Positions 29,630 through 44,030 of a DNA stretch of 64,000 nucleotides are shown one piece after another. The notes beneath the pieces were generated by a model that searched no databases, was not told the DNA's origin, and worked only from the letters and a program-made list of their open reading frames with translations. Positions within the stretch are counted from its first letter, which is position 1. Each line of letters starts with the position of its first letter. The position numbers and the translations under genes are program-made. Origin of the DNA: Octopus vulgaris (taxonomy: Eukaryota); assembly GCA_951406725.2 (NCBI GenBank), contig OX597834.1, forward strand, positions 45,384,001 through 45,448,000, in the 5' to 3' direction.

Positions 29630-31999
29630 TCGTGCATGTATAAAAACTATATGTGTGTGTGTGCATAAATGTACAACTGCGATGTAGCTGTGTGAGCGCA
29701 GTTGCATTGATGACGACGGCGAAAACCGTCGACACTTAATTAGAATGTCTTAATTCCATGCGTTTACACAATGCGACGTAACATTAATGGATATAACGAA
29801 CGCCTGCAGCAGAAATTAACACTTCTTTAGATAAGATCCATGATTGAAGTGAATTCATATACATGGTGTTCAGTGAAGCAAATAATCATGATAATATTGA
29901 TCTTGTTGTTGTAACATCTTAGCCTCAGCTTAGCTGTTATAGTGTAGTAGACCTATGATCAATGACTCTCCAGCTATGGCTGTCACGTTCTATACCCGAG
30001 ATATAAGACTGCCTAGCTCAATGCGTATCCTTTAGTTTTTATGACGGTGGTTAGTAATGTAAGAGATTTCCACGCCTACCTTCTATATCTAAGAGATAAA
30101 GTGATCCAATGCAGGCGTACCATGTGTTCAGGAAGATGCAAAATGCTGTACATAATTCAAAGGAAAGTTATTGACAAATGCAGCAAAATCTCTAAGTGAC
30201 CTGCATTTAATTTTTTTGACATTCAAGGAATGAAAGAAAGAGTTTCCTCTCTGAGGAATGAATGAAACGTTTCCTCTAAGAATAAGAGCGTCTGGAGGAA
30301 TGTGTGCTCTGCTTTGTTCGGGAAACTTTAAGTAATATAGTGTAGAGCTGAGCAGATAAAACAGTCTGTTATAGCAAATATTTAAACTACGGGAAAGTTC
30401 TCTTTTGCTTGATTGCTTCAACTTATATGTGTGTCGACCACTTATCTATTGCACACATAAACACACTCACAATCTATCTTTCTCTTTCTTTACATACATG
30501 TGTGTGTCTGTGTGTACGTATTTATATATATATATATGAATATATATACACGTACGTAAATGCACACAGACACACACACACATATATATATATATGCGTA
30601 TGTGGATTCATACATGTATATATATGTATGTGTGCGTTTTTGGGAGTGTGTACGTATGTATATCTATATGCATGTTTATGCATGTGTATGTGTATGTATG
30701 TATATGAACTGCAACAAGTAATCCTTCCAGTATATTTTACCATCATATACAAGTTAAACGTGATACTTTAATCTCTTCCTATATAATGTTAACGCACAAT
30801 ATAACCGAATCGATATACAAACACAGGCACAAATACTTACAATAATCCCCCCTACAGCTGTATCCCTGCAACGTAGTATATGCAGAAACTTCCTATCCCT
30901 TCAGGTCAGCAGTATATTATTCTGGATATGTGTGTGTTTGTTTACGTTCTATATACATTGCTTTTATTTGATGAAAGCCACAAAGTTACAGCTATACATC
31001 CACTTCTACAAAATTAATATCTCGTTTTTGTTGACGTTTGTTAGCACATCTGTTGTATTTGAGAAAGCCAGCAGTCGTAAGCTTTCTATCTATGGCATTC
31101 CCTTCTTATTTTCTTTCTAAGAAAGTGTGTCTAGTATAATTTGATACAAGGTAGCTTTCGTTTTTCTTTTCTCTTCTTACATCAGTATTATATGATTTGA
31201 AAGAGATATGGTGCGACTATTTCTTACAGGTTCAATGACAGCCTAGGGGTTCCCGCTTTGGTTCGAGAGTAATGCTGTTTTCTAACAATGAAATACCAGG
31301 TTTATTGCTTCAAAACATTTCCAATAGTGATTATTTCTTACATAGAAATCCCTATCATCGTCAGTCTCTGGATATTACTGGCTTGAGTGCAAGGACTCAC
31401 ATGGAAAGTTACCTTGATTTCATGGGGTATAAGTGACCGACATAATAACATATCTGCTTAAGTGGATGTAAGTCCGTTGCTGGTTGACGCATTTCAGCTG
31501 AGTTTGCTTCAGAAACGTGAAATGAAGTGCTTTAATCAAGAACACTGAAAACCGTTATCATGAATCCATCCTAACCATACGATAAAGAGGGTAACATCAG
31601 TAACGTCCAATCTTGGCTTCGGACTTAGTTTATCACGGTCTACATTGACCGATGAGTTCCACAACGGAACACTAGTCCGTCAATGGACTGCTTATGTACA
31701 GATGTAGATTGGAGTAACGGAAAAGTATTTTACTCAAGAGCACGATGTTCAGTACACTCCGGGAATAGAAACTCAGTTCTTGCAAACATGTGTGTAACAT
31801 CTTAACCACTAAGCCACAGGCCTTGGCATGTAGATTGTTTGCAACCTCTACTAATATTGGTTTCATATACTGGTACAAAGCCAAGTTCAGGCCAGCAGCT
31901 AAGTCAATTACAGTACTCAAGCGGTACTTATCTTATCGACCCCGAGGGTGAAAGTCAAAGTCGACTTCAGTGGAATTTAAATTCAGGACGTAAACACGG

Positions 32000-32425
32000 A
32001 CGGAATGTCTTCAGCTCTGGTGTTGGGTGCATGTCTTCTTTCTTCTTTCTTCTGTTCCCTTGCCTCTTCGATGTAGTGTCAACGAGTGTCAGCGGGCAAC
32101 TGACTGACTTGTCAATTTTTTTCCCTTTAAATACCTGCTGCTAGGCTCCAGCAGCCAGCCCCAGCAAATTGTCACGTGACACTGTCTCAACTTTAACTGA
32201 CCAATGAAGGTGCGTAATCTTAGCCCACGCATTCGCTAAACGACCGTCACCTGTCAGTCAGCGAAGCTGATTCAGTGTGCAGCTTGTCTGACCTAGTGAT
32301 GTTATTTTCCGCCGGTATGTTATGACTTTCAAGCCATTGTTGGTCTTCTCGCTTCAGCCGTATATAGAAGCTGGCATTTTCGACCGCCTCCAGTACTCTG
32401 CTTAGTTTTCTCAGCTCCGAGCTAG
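32000..32425 (-). pseudogene. possible 3' end of a HERO-like RLE non-LTR retrotransposon
   Basis: SSELRKLSRVLEAVENASFYIRLKREDQQW resembles my recollection of the AE.AS.W.WLKR...W C-terminus; a GC-richer putative 3'UTR follows. Confidence 0.4.
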
Positions 32426-32453
32426 AAAAAACAAATCTTCTTTTGAATAGTAT

Positions 32454-32454
<1 letters not shown>

Positions 32455-32497
<43 letters not shown>

Positions 32498-32580
32498 GCA
32501 AAAACAGTGGCTCCAGCAGTGGCGGCTGTGGCGTAGACGATGACGATGACGACGTCGATGATGATGATGATGACGTCGAC
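32455..32580. repeat. (GAT)n/(GAC)n microsatellite
   Basis: direct. Confidence 0.9.
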
Positions 32581-32599
32581 GGTATTTCTGATGCCGGAA

Positions 32600-32838
32600 T
32601 GGACACCAAAGTAACTGAGAAACTTGAGCAATATGAGGACCGAGCCAGAGAAATAAAGATTTTAGTGGAAAGCGAAGGACGACAATTACATCCGGTGCTA
32701 AATGGTGCAATTAGCACATCATCCAAACGGCTACGTAAGAGGTTGAAGGATGTTGAAAATGAGACACGCACTGTCGTTCTACAGAAAGTTTCCATTCTGA
32801 ATTCAGTATTATTACTGAGTCATATTCTTGAGATGTAA
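32600..32838 (+). pseudogene. R4/Dong-like RLE C-terminal fragment
   Basis: KVTEKLEQYEDRAREIKIL...PVLNGAISTSSKRLRKRLKDV...VVLQKVSILNSVLLLSHILEM*. Confidence 0.75.
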
Positions 32839-32914
32839 GGAAACTTATCCCCAAATCGCAAGGCTGTTTGTAAATACAGTTGCATGGAACACCGAAAATA
32901 TTCATACGCAGGCG

Positions 32915-33315
32915 AAGGCGCAGTCGTGACTATGTGGTAAAACCGTTGCTTCCTAAACATATGGCTAAAGGTTAAGTCCTATTTCGTGGCACCTTGCTGT
33001 TGGGGCATCGAGCTAAGAAAAGCCTTTGCAGTGGATTTGGTGTAGACGGAAACTGAAAGAAGCTGGGGAATATGTATGTGTCAGTGAGTGTGTGTGTGTG
33101 TGTGTGTGTGATTTTGTTTGTCCACCTATTACCGTTTGACAACTTGTGATGGTTTGTTTACGCTTCCGTAACCTAGCAGTTCAGCCAAAGAGAGCAAGAG
33201 AAAAATTACCAGGCTAAAAAAAATAAGGCCTCGGGTTGATTTGCTCCACTAAAACACTTTAAGGTGGTGCTGCAGCGTGGCCGCAGTCAGATGACTGTAA
33301 CAAGTGAAGAGTATA
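32915..33315 (+). mobile_element. decayed SINE family A copy
   Basis: 'gtggatttggtgtagacggaaactgaaagaagc' and tail 'ggtgctgcagcgtggccgcagtc'. Confidence 0.75.
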
Positions 33316-33418
33316 ATAGAATACACAGGCAAAGGCCCTTGTTACGTCCTAATATCAAATTTAGTCAATTCCTGTTAAGTATTATATAGATACGTACACA
33401 CACAAATATGTATATATA

Positions 33419-33475
<57 letters not shown>

Positions 33476-33530
33476 GTATATATATATATATACATATATA
33501 CATATATATATACGTGTATTTGTATATATT

Positions 33531-33580
<50 letters not shown>

Positions 33581-33600
33581 TATATTGCATATATATATAT

Positions 33601-33660
<60 letters not shown>

Positions 33661-34506
33661 ACAGACAGAGAGATAGAGAGATAAATAGAGGAATAGAATT
33701 ATATAGAGAGTGAAAAAGAGAATGGATTGAAAGAAGGAAGTAGAAATAGCTAAGTAGAGATAGAGACGGTGAGAGGTAATTTGATATATTGTGTCTATTG
33801 TATAAGTCTGTGCGTGCGTGTCATAAATTTGACGTTAAGTTGAAATATTTTTAAAAATAAATACATTTATATACACACTTAACAATTGCTACGTGTGTAT
33901 ATTTTTCTCCTATTGTATGCATTTCCGCTGTGCCTGTTTCTCTCCCTCCCTACGACAATGACTGTCAATGTGTGTGTGTGTGTGTGTCTCTCTCTCTCTA
34001 TATATATATATTCTGTCATTTATCCTTAATGCATAACTACAAGGACTTCTATATACAACAATACAACATTCATGTACAGGAATATTTTGGATAATGCAGC
34101 TGTTTATGCATTCATCTATTTTCGCTGTCAGCAATGAAACGAGGTGTAAACGCTGCAATGTGAGATGATTTGAATGCATAAATCGCATCAGAAACGAAGT
34201 CAGCATGTTGTTGCATTATAATGACACAGCTTAAAATCTGAAAAATCAGAGAGAGCCACGCCATATCTAAAATATTGATACCGGAACTGACACTAAAACG
34301 CTTCCGCTTTTCTATTCAGTTATTTATTTATTTGTTTGCATGGTTGTTGTTGTTGTTATAAATCTTGCTTTTTGCAATCGCATGGTTTCGTGTTCAGTCC
34401 CACTACGGCGTAATTTGGGCAGATATGTCTTTCTACTAAATCACCGAGCCGGCAGAATAATCACTTCTGTGCGAATTTATATGCGTAACTACTCTCGTAT
34501 TTATAC

Positions 34507-34581
<75 letters not shown>

Positions 34582-34719
34582 TATATACATATATATATGT
34601 ATATATATACATTATATATATGTATATATATATATGTATGTATATATATATGTATACATATATATATAAGTATGTATATATATACATATATATATACATA
34701 TATATATATATAAATATAC

Positions 34720-34769
<50 letters not shown>

Positions 34770-35549
34770 CAAGAGAGAGAGATGTGAGTGTGTATATATA
34801 TACATATAGCCATTCATATGGATGTATGTGTCAATGTCTTTGTGCTTGGGTTATATGATTTGGTGTATTGGGCAAATAAAGTTTTGATCTTTAAGGAAAA
34901 GTTTCAAGTACTTTTTTTGTGAAGGAAATTACAAAATAAGAAAGTGCTTAAACAAGAATTGCGCCAAATAATTTTGTAAAGTGTAGATATTTCAACATTT
35001 CTCTTATCACTAGGTTTTTAAGAAACTGGAATAAACTTCATTCTGTATCGAAAACTGCAACCTTAAGGATTAGCGTCGGGAAATGCGAATGGAAATTTTA
35101 AGAGTCGGAAAATGTAGCATTAAAGATTAGCATCGAAGAAATAAGAACAGATGAGCGGCAGAGGAAAAATGCCAATGAAGACATAAGTAAACGGAATATG
35201 AATTTGTATGGAGGAAGATTAGGACGAAGTATACAGAGGCAGAGATTAAGATTTCTAATTTCATTGACAATCATTTTCAGGTTCAACGAGTGCGTGTCTA
35301 GTCAAGCGTCACTGTCTGCAACCCTGATACATACACGCATATAATCACTCACACGCATACATATATAACATATCTCTCTCTCTCTTTCCTCTCTCTCTCT
35401 CTTTCCTCTCTCTCTCTTTCCTCTCTCTCTCTCTCTCTTTCCTCTCTCTCTCTCTCTCTGTCTCTCTAGGTATGGACATGCGCGCTTACGCGAATACTAT
35501 GAACATTTTTACTCCCTTACCTTTACTCCCGTCATTTAGAGGTCATTCT

Positions 35550-35672
35550 AAGGGCTTTGGTCGGCGCGAGGCTATAGTAGAAGAAACTCGCCCAAAGTGC
35601 CACGAAGTGGGACTGAACCCGCAACCATGTGGTTGGTAAGCAAGCTACTTACCACACAGCCACTCCTGTGCC
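35550..35672 (-). mobile_element. SINE family A head
   Basis: 'gggactgaacccgcaaccatgtggttggtaagcaagctacttaccacacagccactcctg'. Confidence 0.8.
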
Positions 35673-36093
35673 TATGCAAACAAAGAATATATAAATGTAC
35701 ATGTGAATGAGTATGTGCGTATAAGTATGTCCATAACGCCAAGCATTTAAAACATAACGTTAGGTGAGGAGGCATACATATATAAAAACGTACTCAAGTA
35801 TTTAGCGTCGCAAATTCAATCCAAATTTTGATGAAAACTTATGTGAAGACAACGAAGGTAACAATTCTAAATTTATAAGAGCCGCCTGTTTCAATATTGC
35901 TTTATATGTAATTGTGAATTCCTGTATAAATGGGAATATGATTGTATATGCGTGTTTGTGTGAGGTGTGAGGTGTGTGTGTGTGTGTGTGTGATGCGATG
36001 AAATTGAAACACACGCGCGCCCAAACACATATATACATGTGTGTATATACATACAAACACGCAGATACGCTGATATGCACAATCACACACACT

Positions 36094-36134
<41 letters not shown>

Positions 36135-36177
36135 GCATATATATATATATACATGTATATATATATATATGCACATG

Positions 36178-36329
<152 letters not shown>

Positions 36330-36789
36330 GTACATGTATGTATGTGTGTGCGTTTCACATCAGACAATAATAGCACATGCTCGCTTGAGTGGATGAAACG
36401 AAGACATTGGGAATAAAGTGTGGATAACACCAACGAGGGAAATATTGTTTACTTCTATATCGAAACTGATTATTGGATTAAGTTTCTTTGATCCGTAGCT
36501 GTCCATTCTTCTATTCTTCCTTTAGGATGTTGTTATTGGGACAGACAGACAGACGATCAAGTAGACGACACCTAAATATGTGTGTGTGTGTGCATGTCTC
36601 TGTATTTGTGTATTTCTAAACGAATATATGTATGTGTATATACGTATATATACAAATGTTCATTTCTACTTAATTTTAGATATTGCCATTGTCCACCGGA
36701 AAAAAATATTTAGAAATATCGTTTCATTTTCTTCCTTCTTATCTCCTCTACCGCCTCCCCTCTTCTTTTTCTCCTTCATCTACATCCTC

Positions 36790-36879
36790 ATCTTCTTCTT
36801 CTTCTTCTTTTCTTCTTTTCTTCTTTCCTCCTCTTCTTCTTCTTCTTCTTCTACGTCTTCTTCTCCTCCTTCTTCTTCT

Positions 36880-36912
<33 letters not shown>

Positions 36913-36960
36913 ACGTCTTCTTCTTCTTCTTCTTCTTCTTCTTCTTCTTCTTCTTCTTCC
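36790..36960. repeat. (TTC)n microsatellite
   Basis: direct. Confidence 0.95.
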
Positions 36961-37274
36961 CCAGAGGATAATGTCGATAGCAACGTTCATAACAATAACA
37001 ACAAAGCCATCGTCGTTGAGGGTGGGCGTATCAACCACAAGAATTATCAATATAGGGACGACGAAGTGGAGTGAGGATGAGATGAGGAGAAAGCAGATGT
37101 GGGTGAGAGGGGGGAATCCCGATGGTTTTACCGAAACATAAAAACGTCAACCTAAGTCTAGAGCTAGTTTTTATAATAATACAGACTTCGGTAATCAGGC
37201 AAGAAAGACATGTAGTAGCCTTATTGATAACAGTAACAGCAACAACAACAACAACAATAATAATTATAATAATC

Positions 37275-37487
37275 CTTTTTACTATAGGCACAGGCACTGA
37301 AATTTGTAGGGAGCAGGTACGTCGATCACAACGACCCCAGTACTTGACTGGTACCTGATTTATCCACTCCTGAAGGATGAAAGGCGAAGTCGACCTCGGC
37401 GATATTTGAACTCAGAACGTAAAGGCGAACGAAACGCCGCCAAGCCTTTTGCCCGGCGCGCGAACTATTCTCCAAGCTTGCCACCTT
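37275..37487 (-). mobile_element. SINE family B copy
   Basis: 'gaaggatgaaaggcgaagtcgacctcggcgatatttgaactcagaacgta'. Confidence 0.75.
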
Positions 37488-37504
37488 GGCAATAATAACA
37501 ACAA

Positions 37505-37833
37505 AAATCATAGTCGGCCGGATAGTATCATATTGAGTAAGAGCGAAAAATACTGTCAGATCATTAGTGTAGCCATACCAAATGACATGAATGTTGTGAG
37601 TAAAGAGGTTGAAAAAAAATCACTAAGTATTCTGAACTGAAAGTGGAAATGGAAAAACTGTATGGAATACGAGAGGGTAATGTAAAAGTGATACCAGTTG
37701 TGATCGGAGCATTGGGCTCAATCCAATTGAAACTTCAAAACTTCTTAAGGCAACAAGAGACCGATGCAAGATTGATGTCTTGCAAAAAGCAGCCTTATTG
37801 GGCACAACGCACATCTTAAGGAAAGTATTATCT
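37505..37833 (+). pseudogene. R4/Dong-like RLE domain fragment with the PD motif
   Basis: HSRPDSIILSKSEKYCQIISVAIPNDMNVVSKEVEK, then after frameshifts VKVIPVVIGALG and IDVLQKAALLGTTHILRKVLS. Confidence 0.85.
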
Positions 37834-37935
37834 GGAGCTTCTACAGGACTAGAACTGTTTCATTCGAATGAAATCTTCAGGAAGCTTCCTGAAGATTTCA
37901 TTCGAATGAAACAGTTCTAGTCCTGTAGAAGCTCC
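37834..37935. repeat. perfect 102-bp palindrome centred on aagctt
   Basis: self-complementary about 37884/37885. Confidence 0.95.
37883..37933 (+). ncRNA. type-I hammerhead ribozyme motif (mirror copy on the - strand at 37836-37886)
   Basis: stem I agcttc/gaagct; CTGAAGA 37889-95; stem II t-ttc-attc-gaa-t; GAAA 37908-11; stem III acag/ctgt; GTA triplet 37925-27. Confidence 0.75.
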
Positions 37936-37953
37936 TTCTATAAAATAAATATA

Positions 37954-37987
<34 letters not shown>

Positions 37988-37988
<1 letters not shown>

Positions 37989-38145
37989 TTTATTTAAAGC
38001 AGCAGAAAATTCAACAAAATCTGTTACTCTGAGTTTCTCGTTGCCGTTCATCAGACAGTTTTTGCTAGCAAAAACTGTCTGATGAACGGCAACGAGAAAC
38101 TCAGAGTAACAGATTTTGTTGAATTTTCTGCTGCTTTAAATAAAG
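37988..38145. repeat. perfect 158-bp palindrome centred on gctagc, Penelope-like inverted pseudo-LTR remnant
   Basis: self-complementary about 38066/38067; flanked by TA-rich tracts. Confidence 0.95.
38071..38117 (+). ncRNA. type-I hammerhead ribozyme motif (mirror copy on the - strand at 38016-38062)
   Basis: stem I aaaa-ctgt/acag(a)tttt; CTGATGA 38079-85; stem II a-cg-GCAA-cg-a; GAAA 38096-99; stem III act-cag-agt; GTA triplet 38106-08. Confidence 0.8.
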
Positions 38146-39200
38146 CGTATTACTCTACCACTGGTATTTGAGTACTCTTTTTTCCACCTTGTTTCACATT
38201 TATTAGTTTACTCCGGTATATATTTATATATATAAATTTATATATATATTATAAGTAAATTTTGATTATACATATGTATGTATACGTATGTGCGTGTGTA
38301 TATATACATACATACATACGTACATACATACATACATACATATATACATACATATTAAATGCTAACATATATACGGAGATAGTTGTATACTTTGAAATAT
38401 ATGTATATTTTTTATTAACATATATATATATACACACACAATCACACAGACGCACACAACACGCGCGCGCACAGATACACATACACACGCACGCACTCAC
38501 ACGCACGCACTCACACACACACATATATATATATATATATACCTGAAACCCTATTAACAAGGTACTGACAAGCTTCCAATATATTTTATATACATGTATG
38601 ATATGGTCTCTTATTGATAATACATCGTAACTTCATACTTGAAGATCATTAATTCTAAATTGTCTTCAGATGACACAAACGCCACCGCGTGCTGAAATAT
38701 TCATCTTATAGTTACTCTTTGTCTAGAGATTTTCTAGTAGTGTTTCTAGATTTAAAATGCTGCAAGCGACATTTATAATGTTAAACGTACGTTCGTTTTG
38801 TTGGTTGCTTAGAAATACATAAGCTGAACGGTATAAAATGTATAACAGGTACAGATCTGTAAAATATAAGCGACAGCTGCAGAGCAAAATATTCGGTAAT
38901 AAAATTATATGTGTAAATGATTTTAGAATGATAAAATGAAGAATATTTAATGTGAACATAAATGTCTATATTGCGAGTGAAAATGGAGAAGAGAAAGATT
39001 TTTTGGTGAATATTCAAGTACATGTACGCTAATACGTACCGGCGCATGCGTGCAGGAACATACATACGGACATGTACATTGACACTCATTTATGCATACA
39101 TACGTACGTACATATGTAATACTCATTCTGATACACGTGCAGAAACACACACTCAAATGCATGCGCAGATTATATGTATGCACCAACATTAACACAAACT

Positions 39201-39240
<40 letters not shown>

Positions 39241-39562
39241 CTATATATATGTATACACATACATATATACATACATACATATATGTATATATATATATAT
39301 ATATACATACATATACATACACTTCGAAGCATCTACTAAATTCGCTCTTAAAAATTCAATTTTTTCTTAATATTGCATACCGGATCAGAAGATATTCAAG
39401 ATCCGGTACTTTTTACCCTATGCTTCCTTTGAATATTTCCCTGTTTTGTAACCCAGTTTAATTCAAATCTATTTGTTTCCAAGCAAAATGTTTCATTCTA
39501 CTTATTTCTTTAATGCAATGCATATCTATACATGTACATACATACATACATACATACATACA

Positions 39563-39647
<85 letters not shown>

Positions 39648-41049
39648 GTATATATATGTGTGTATGTATGTATGTATATATATGTGTGTATGTATGTATA
39701 TATAGACATGTATGTATAAACTATTATGACTGTTTATAATGTATATTTATATGCTTTGATTTGTTTAATTTTGTTAGTTTAAATATATTTGTATGGCTTG
39801 AGGATTTAGGTTACACAACGATTTAATAGATTTTGTATGGCGATGTTTTTATCTGTGAGAAAAAGAAAATTATATTTAAAATTCCACACATATTTTAACT
39901 CGTTTCATGTGAATATAAATTTTTGGAGATATTCAATTGCATCTATAAGATATTCTAATTTGAAGAGATTTAAAATCTATATTTAAGTAAGATTCCTTTA
40001 GGTCAACACTGTCACATATATAAACTACTTAACTGCAGAAAAATTTAATTGCTTTCCGACTGTTAAACATCCTACCTATAACCTTTCCGTTTATTGTTAT
40101 TTGATGCTTTTTTATATGCAAAATACATAAATGTAACCCGGTGAAAAATGCTTCTAGCATAATCCTAATCGATATTATAATGCAATCATAGTTGCAACTA
40201 ATGTTGTACACTCTGGGTAAACACATACAATGTCATGTGACTGTTTAAAAACATCCTGAAAGAAAGAAAGTTACCTCCGTTTCTTTGAGTTTGCTGTAAA
40301 ATATCTCTCAACATATGCGTAGTTTATTTTATTACGAAATCGTCAGATATTGAAATTGTACTTTGAACTGTGAAATACTCTGTGTTGTATAAGAACTCCT
40401 AATGCATTGCGATAAACACATCAGAACTGTATTATGTTTATCGGCATGGGGGAGGGCAGCACAACAGTTAGTGATACATTTGGGCTTTGTAGGTTACTAA
40501 CTTCACGCACTAAATTACCTTGGACGTTATCAAAAAAAAAAAGAAAAAATCGAACCCCTTAAAACCCCTAACGAACGCTGATAGATTTAGAAAAATATTA
40601 GACTTTACTTTTACTGAAATTAAAACGTCAATTTTGTATAGGTTCCTTACATTTAAAATCCTGCTCGTATAATACTTTCAAAGAATAAATGAAGATTTAC
40701 AATACCTACATTAACCTTCTGATGACGTATAAGAATCCAAAATACCTCGTTAAGACTTTACACTATCCTGCAGTCAATTTGTATTCAGTGGAAATTCGAT
40801 GTCTTAATGGCAGCACTTCATGGAAAAAGGTTACGAAGCCTAAGTGCTATGAAAAAGTGTCTACCTAAGTGATTACAATACAAATTTGGCGTAGGCGTTG
40901 GTGTATGTATGCGTATAGTCATATATGTATATGGGGGTTCATTAGTTCATTATAAAGAACCTTTGTACAAATATAGGCACGCACGCACACACACACACAT
41001 AGAGTTATATATTATACAGAGAGAGACATAAATACATACATAAGTACAT

Positions 41050-41125
41050 AGACAAATAGGCAGATAAACAGACAGACAAACAGGCAGGCAGGCAGTCAGA
41101 CAGAGAGACAATCAGGCAGACAGAC

Positions 41126-41164
<39 letters not shown>

Positions 41165-41206
41165 TAGATAGATAGGTAGGTAGATAGATAGATAGATAGA
41201 TAGATT

Positions 41207-41265
<59 letters not shown>
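41050..41265. repeat. (GACA)n/(GATA)n microsatellite
   Basis: direct. Confidence 0.95.
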
Positions 41266-41279
41266 TTAAACATATATAC

Positions 41280-41504
41280 CAGGGTTGGGCAAACTACGGC
41301 CCGCGGGCCGCATGCGGCCCGCCATAGGTTTTCATGCGGCCCGTTGAGAGGAATATTTCACAAAATTTCCTTTCAATCAATTGTGTGTTTATAGGTCTAT
41401 AACCGCCTTTAAAAATATTTTCACTTGATTTTTATAAATGAGGCCCGCCAAGGTTCCAAAGACGCACTGTGCGGCCCGCGATCAAAAAAGTTCGCCCACC
41501 CCTG
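41280..41504. mobile_element. hAT-superfamily MITE (225 bp)
   Basis: imperfect TIRs cagggttgggcaaact/agttcgcccacccctg; perfect 8-bp TSD atatatac (41272-79, 41505-12); subterminal gcggcccg repeats. Confidence 0.9.
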
Positions 41505-41896
41505 ATATATACATACACTTGTCTAAATCTAAATTTCTGATGGAGTAGCTTTTATCCGTCATATACTATTATCTTTTATTCTTTTCTTTCATCTAGCTTT
41601 ATATTTTGGTCAATGATCTCTTCAATGTGTGTAAATGCTTTCCGAAATAACATTGCATTTCGTTTCAGGAGCTCTGAGGAGTCTTTTAGGCGATGCGCAA
41701 TTACACAGGTATGAGAGCGCTGCATTTTGTAGCAGAAACAGCTGTTAGTTAAGAACGGTTATTAGAGAATTCCTGTTCTTTTGTCAAATTCTAAATTTCA
41801 TGTTTTTCTCTGTAATCTTATAACGCTCCATTTTGAATAATATTCGTATTGACTTCTAACACCAATCGTTAACCCTAAGCTAAATATACATATATA

Positions 41897-42174
<278 letters not shown>

Positions 42175-42716
42175 TTAGACATATAAACATATAATTATAG
42201 ATCTAAGTATAAATACATATAATTAACTAAATCTAAATTTCTGAGGAATAGACATACACTTGCAAGCACACCCACGCAAAGAAAAACATATCTATTGTTC
42301 AATTCCTTTAGCAATGTGGGTGTTTTCTTGTACTTAAGCAATACACTTTCTCTTTCTGTGATATATACACCAAAAGTATATGACGTAATTCTAAGCGAAA
42401 CATGGATATGAATGGAAATACATTAAAACTGATGTTGTAGGAAATCACTTAATGGTGTTAAAATGTATGTTTTAGGGAGGGGGTTATGAAGAGGTGTTTG
42501 TAGGAATGGTGAAGTTTAATGTCTCGGTTATTTCAATGGTAAGAGGTTGGTGAAACCGATTTAAACACTTATATAAAGCTGCATGAGGGTTTTTGTGTGC
42601 GGGTGTATGCAAGTGTGTGCGTGGTTGGCGCTATATAATAGACACACACACACACACGCACACACACACACACACAAATACATATATATATATATGTACA
42701 TATGCACAAATATAAA

Positions 42717-42762
<46 letters not shown>

Positions 42763-42820
42763 AAATATAAGTATATATATGCGTGTGCATGTGTGTGTTT
42801 ATGTCTGTGTAATTTTGTGC

Positions 42821-42866
<46 letters not shown>

Positions 42867-42898
42867 CATACGTTTGTAAAGTAGGTATGTGAGTGTAT

Positions 42899-42947
<49 letters not shown>

Positions 42948-43031
42948 TACATATATGGGTACATTGTCACCATTTTCTATTTTTAATTTTGCGAAGACAC
43001 ATTTTCTTTATTTTGTAGACTAAAGAGTATA

Positions 43032-43838
43032 GTAGGGTCAGTTGAGCACCCGCTGTGAGAAAAATAGCATTATGACGCAATTCACTGTGCCAGAAATTTG
43101 GAAACGACATGCGGTACAACTTGGCATAAGCGCCGGAAGCTCCAGCATGAAAGTATGGAGAGATGGTGAACACAGAAAGACCTTTGGCTTGCTGTGTCCC
43201 AGAAGCATGTACCGAAAGTGATAAAAATTATTCACCCAGTCAACATCCTTGAGTTTGGAATGATCATTAGTGATAGTGATGTGATGCCGCCATTCATCTT
43301 CGCACACCGCCCCAGACTCAATTCTGAGGCCTCCACCAAGTGTCTGGAGAAGGTAGTGCTGCCCTGGATCGAGAGGGTGGCTGCTGGAAAACATTATGTC
43401 TAGCAACAGGGTTCTGTACCATACTACAGAAGCAGGAGAACCCAGTCACGGTTGTCATGGAATTTCTGCAATAACATGTCCCCTAATATCTGGCCACCTA
43501 ACTCCCGTCACTGCAAACCCTCTTCATTATTATGTGTAGGGCGGAGTTGAGCGAGAGAACAACAAAACTCCTTCTAACACCAAAGTTGAACTGAAGGCAA
43601 GGATTATGGCAGCATTCACCACTCTGCACAAGGAGACCGTCGGGAAGAGTTGCAGGATATTCCGGAGTTGTCTGGAGGCCGTGGTTGAAGCCAATTGCGA
43701 TTTTATTGGATAGATTTACTCTCTAGTATTTCAATTTATTTTGATGATGTAACTTTGATAAATATATATTTTAGATGGGATATCAGTGTTATTTTAATTT
43801 TTGCGTAATTTAGACAACAGTATATTCCCTACACCCTG
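43032..43838 (+). mobile_element. decayed Tc1/mariner-superfamily transposon (maT/Bmmar1-like transposase remnant ~43190-43713)
   Basis: HPVNILEFGMIISDSDVMPPFIF...KCLEKVVLPWIERVAAGKHYV*QQGSVPY...NIWPPNS...KVELKARIMAAF...CRIFRSCLEAVVEANCDFI; right end 'acaccctg'. Confidence 0.8.
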
Positions 43839-43844
43839 TGTATG

Positions 43845-44030
43845 TGTAACATCGCTTGACAACTGGTGGTGGTGTGTTTACGTTCCCGTAACTTAGCGTT
43901 TCGGCATAAGAGTCCGATAGAATAAGTACTAGGCTTCCAAAGAATAAATCCGGGGATCGATTTGCTCGACTAAAGGTGGTGCTCCAGCATGGCCGCATTC
44001 AGATGACTCAAACAAGTAAAAGAGATAAAG
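43845..44030 (+). mobile_element. SINE family A tail
   Basis: 'acgttcccgtaacttagcg...gatagaataagtactaggctt...ggtgctccagcatggccgca'. Confidence 0.8.
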
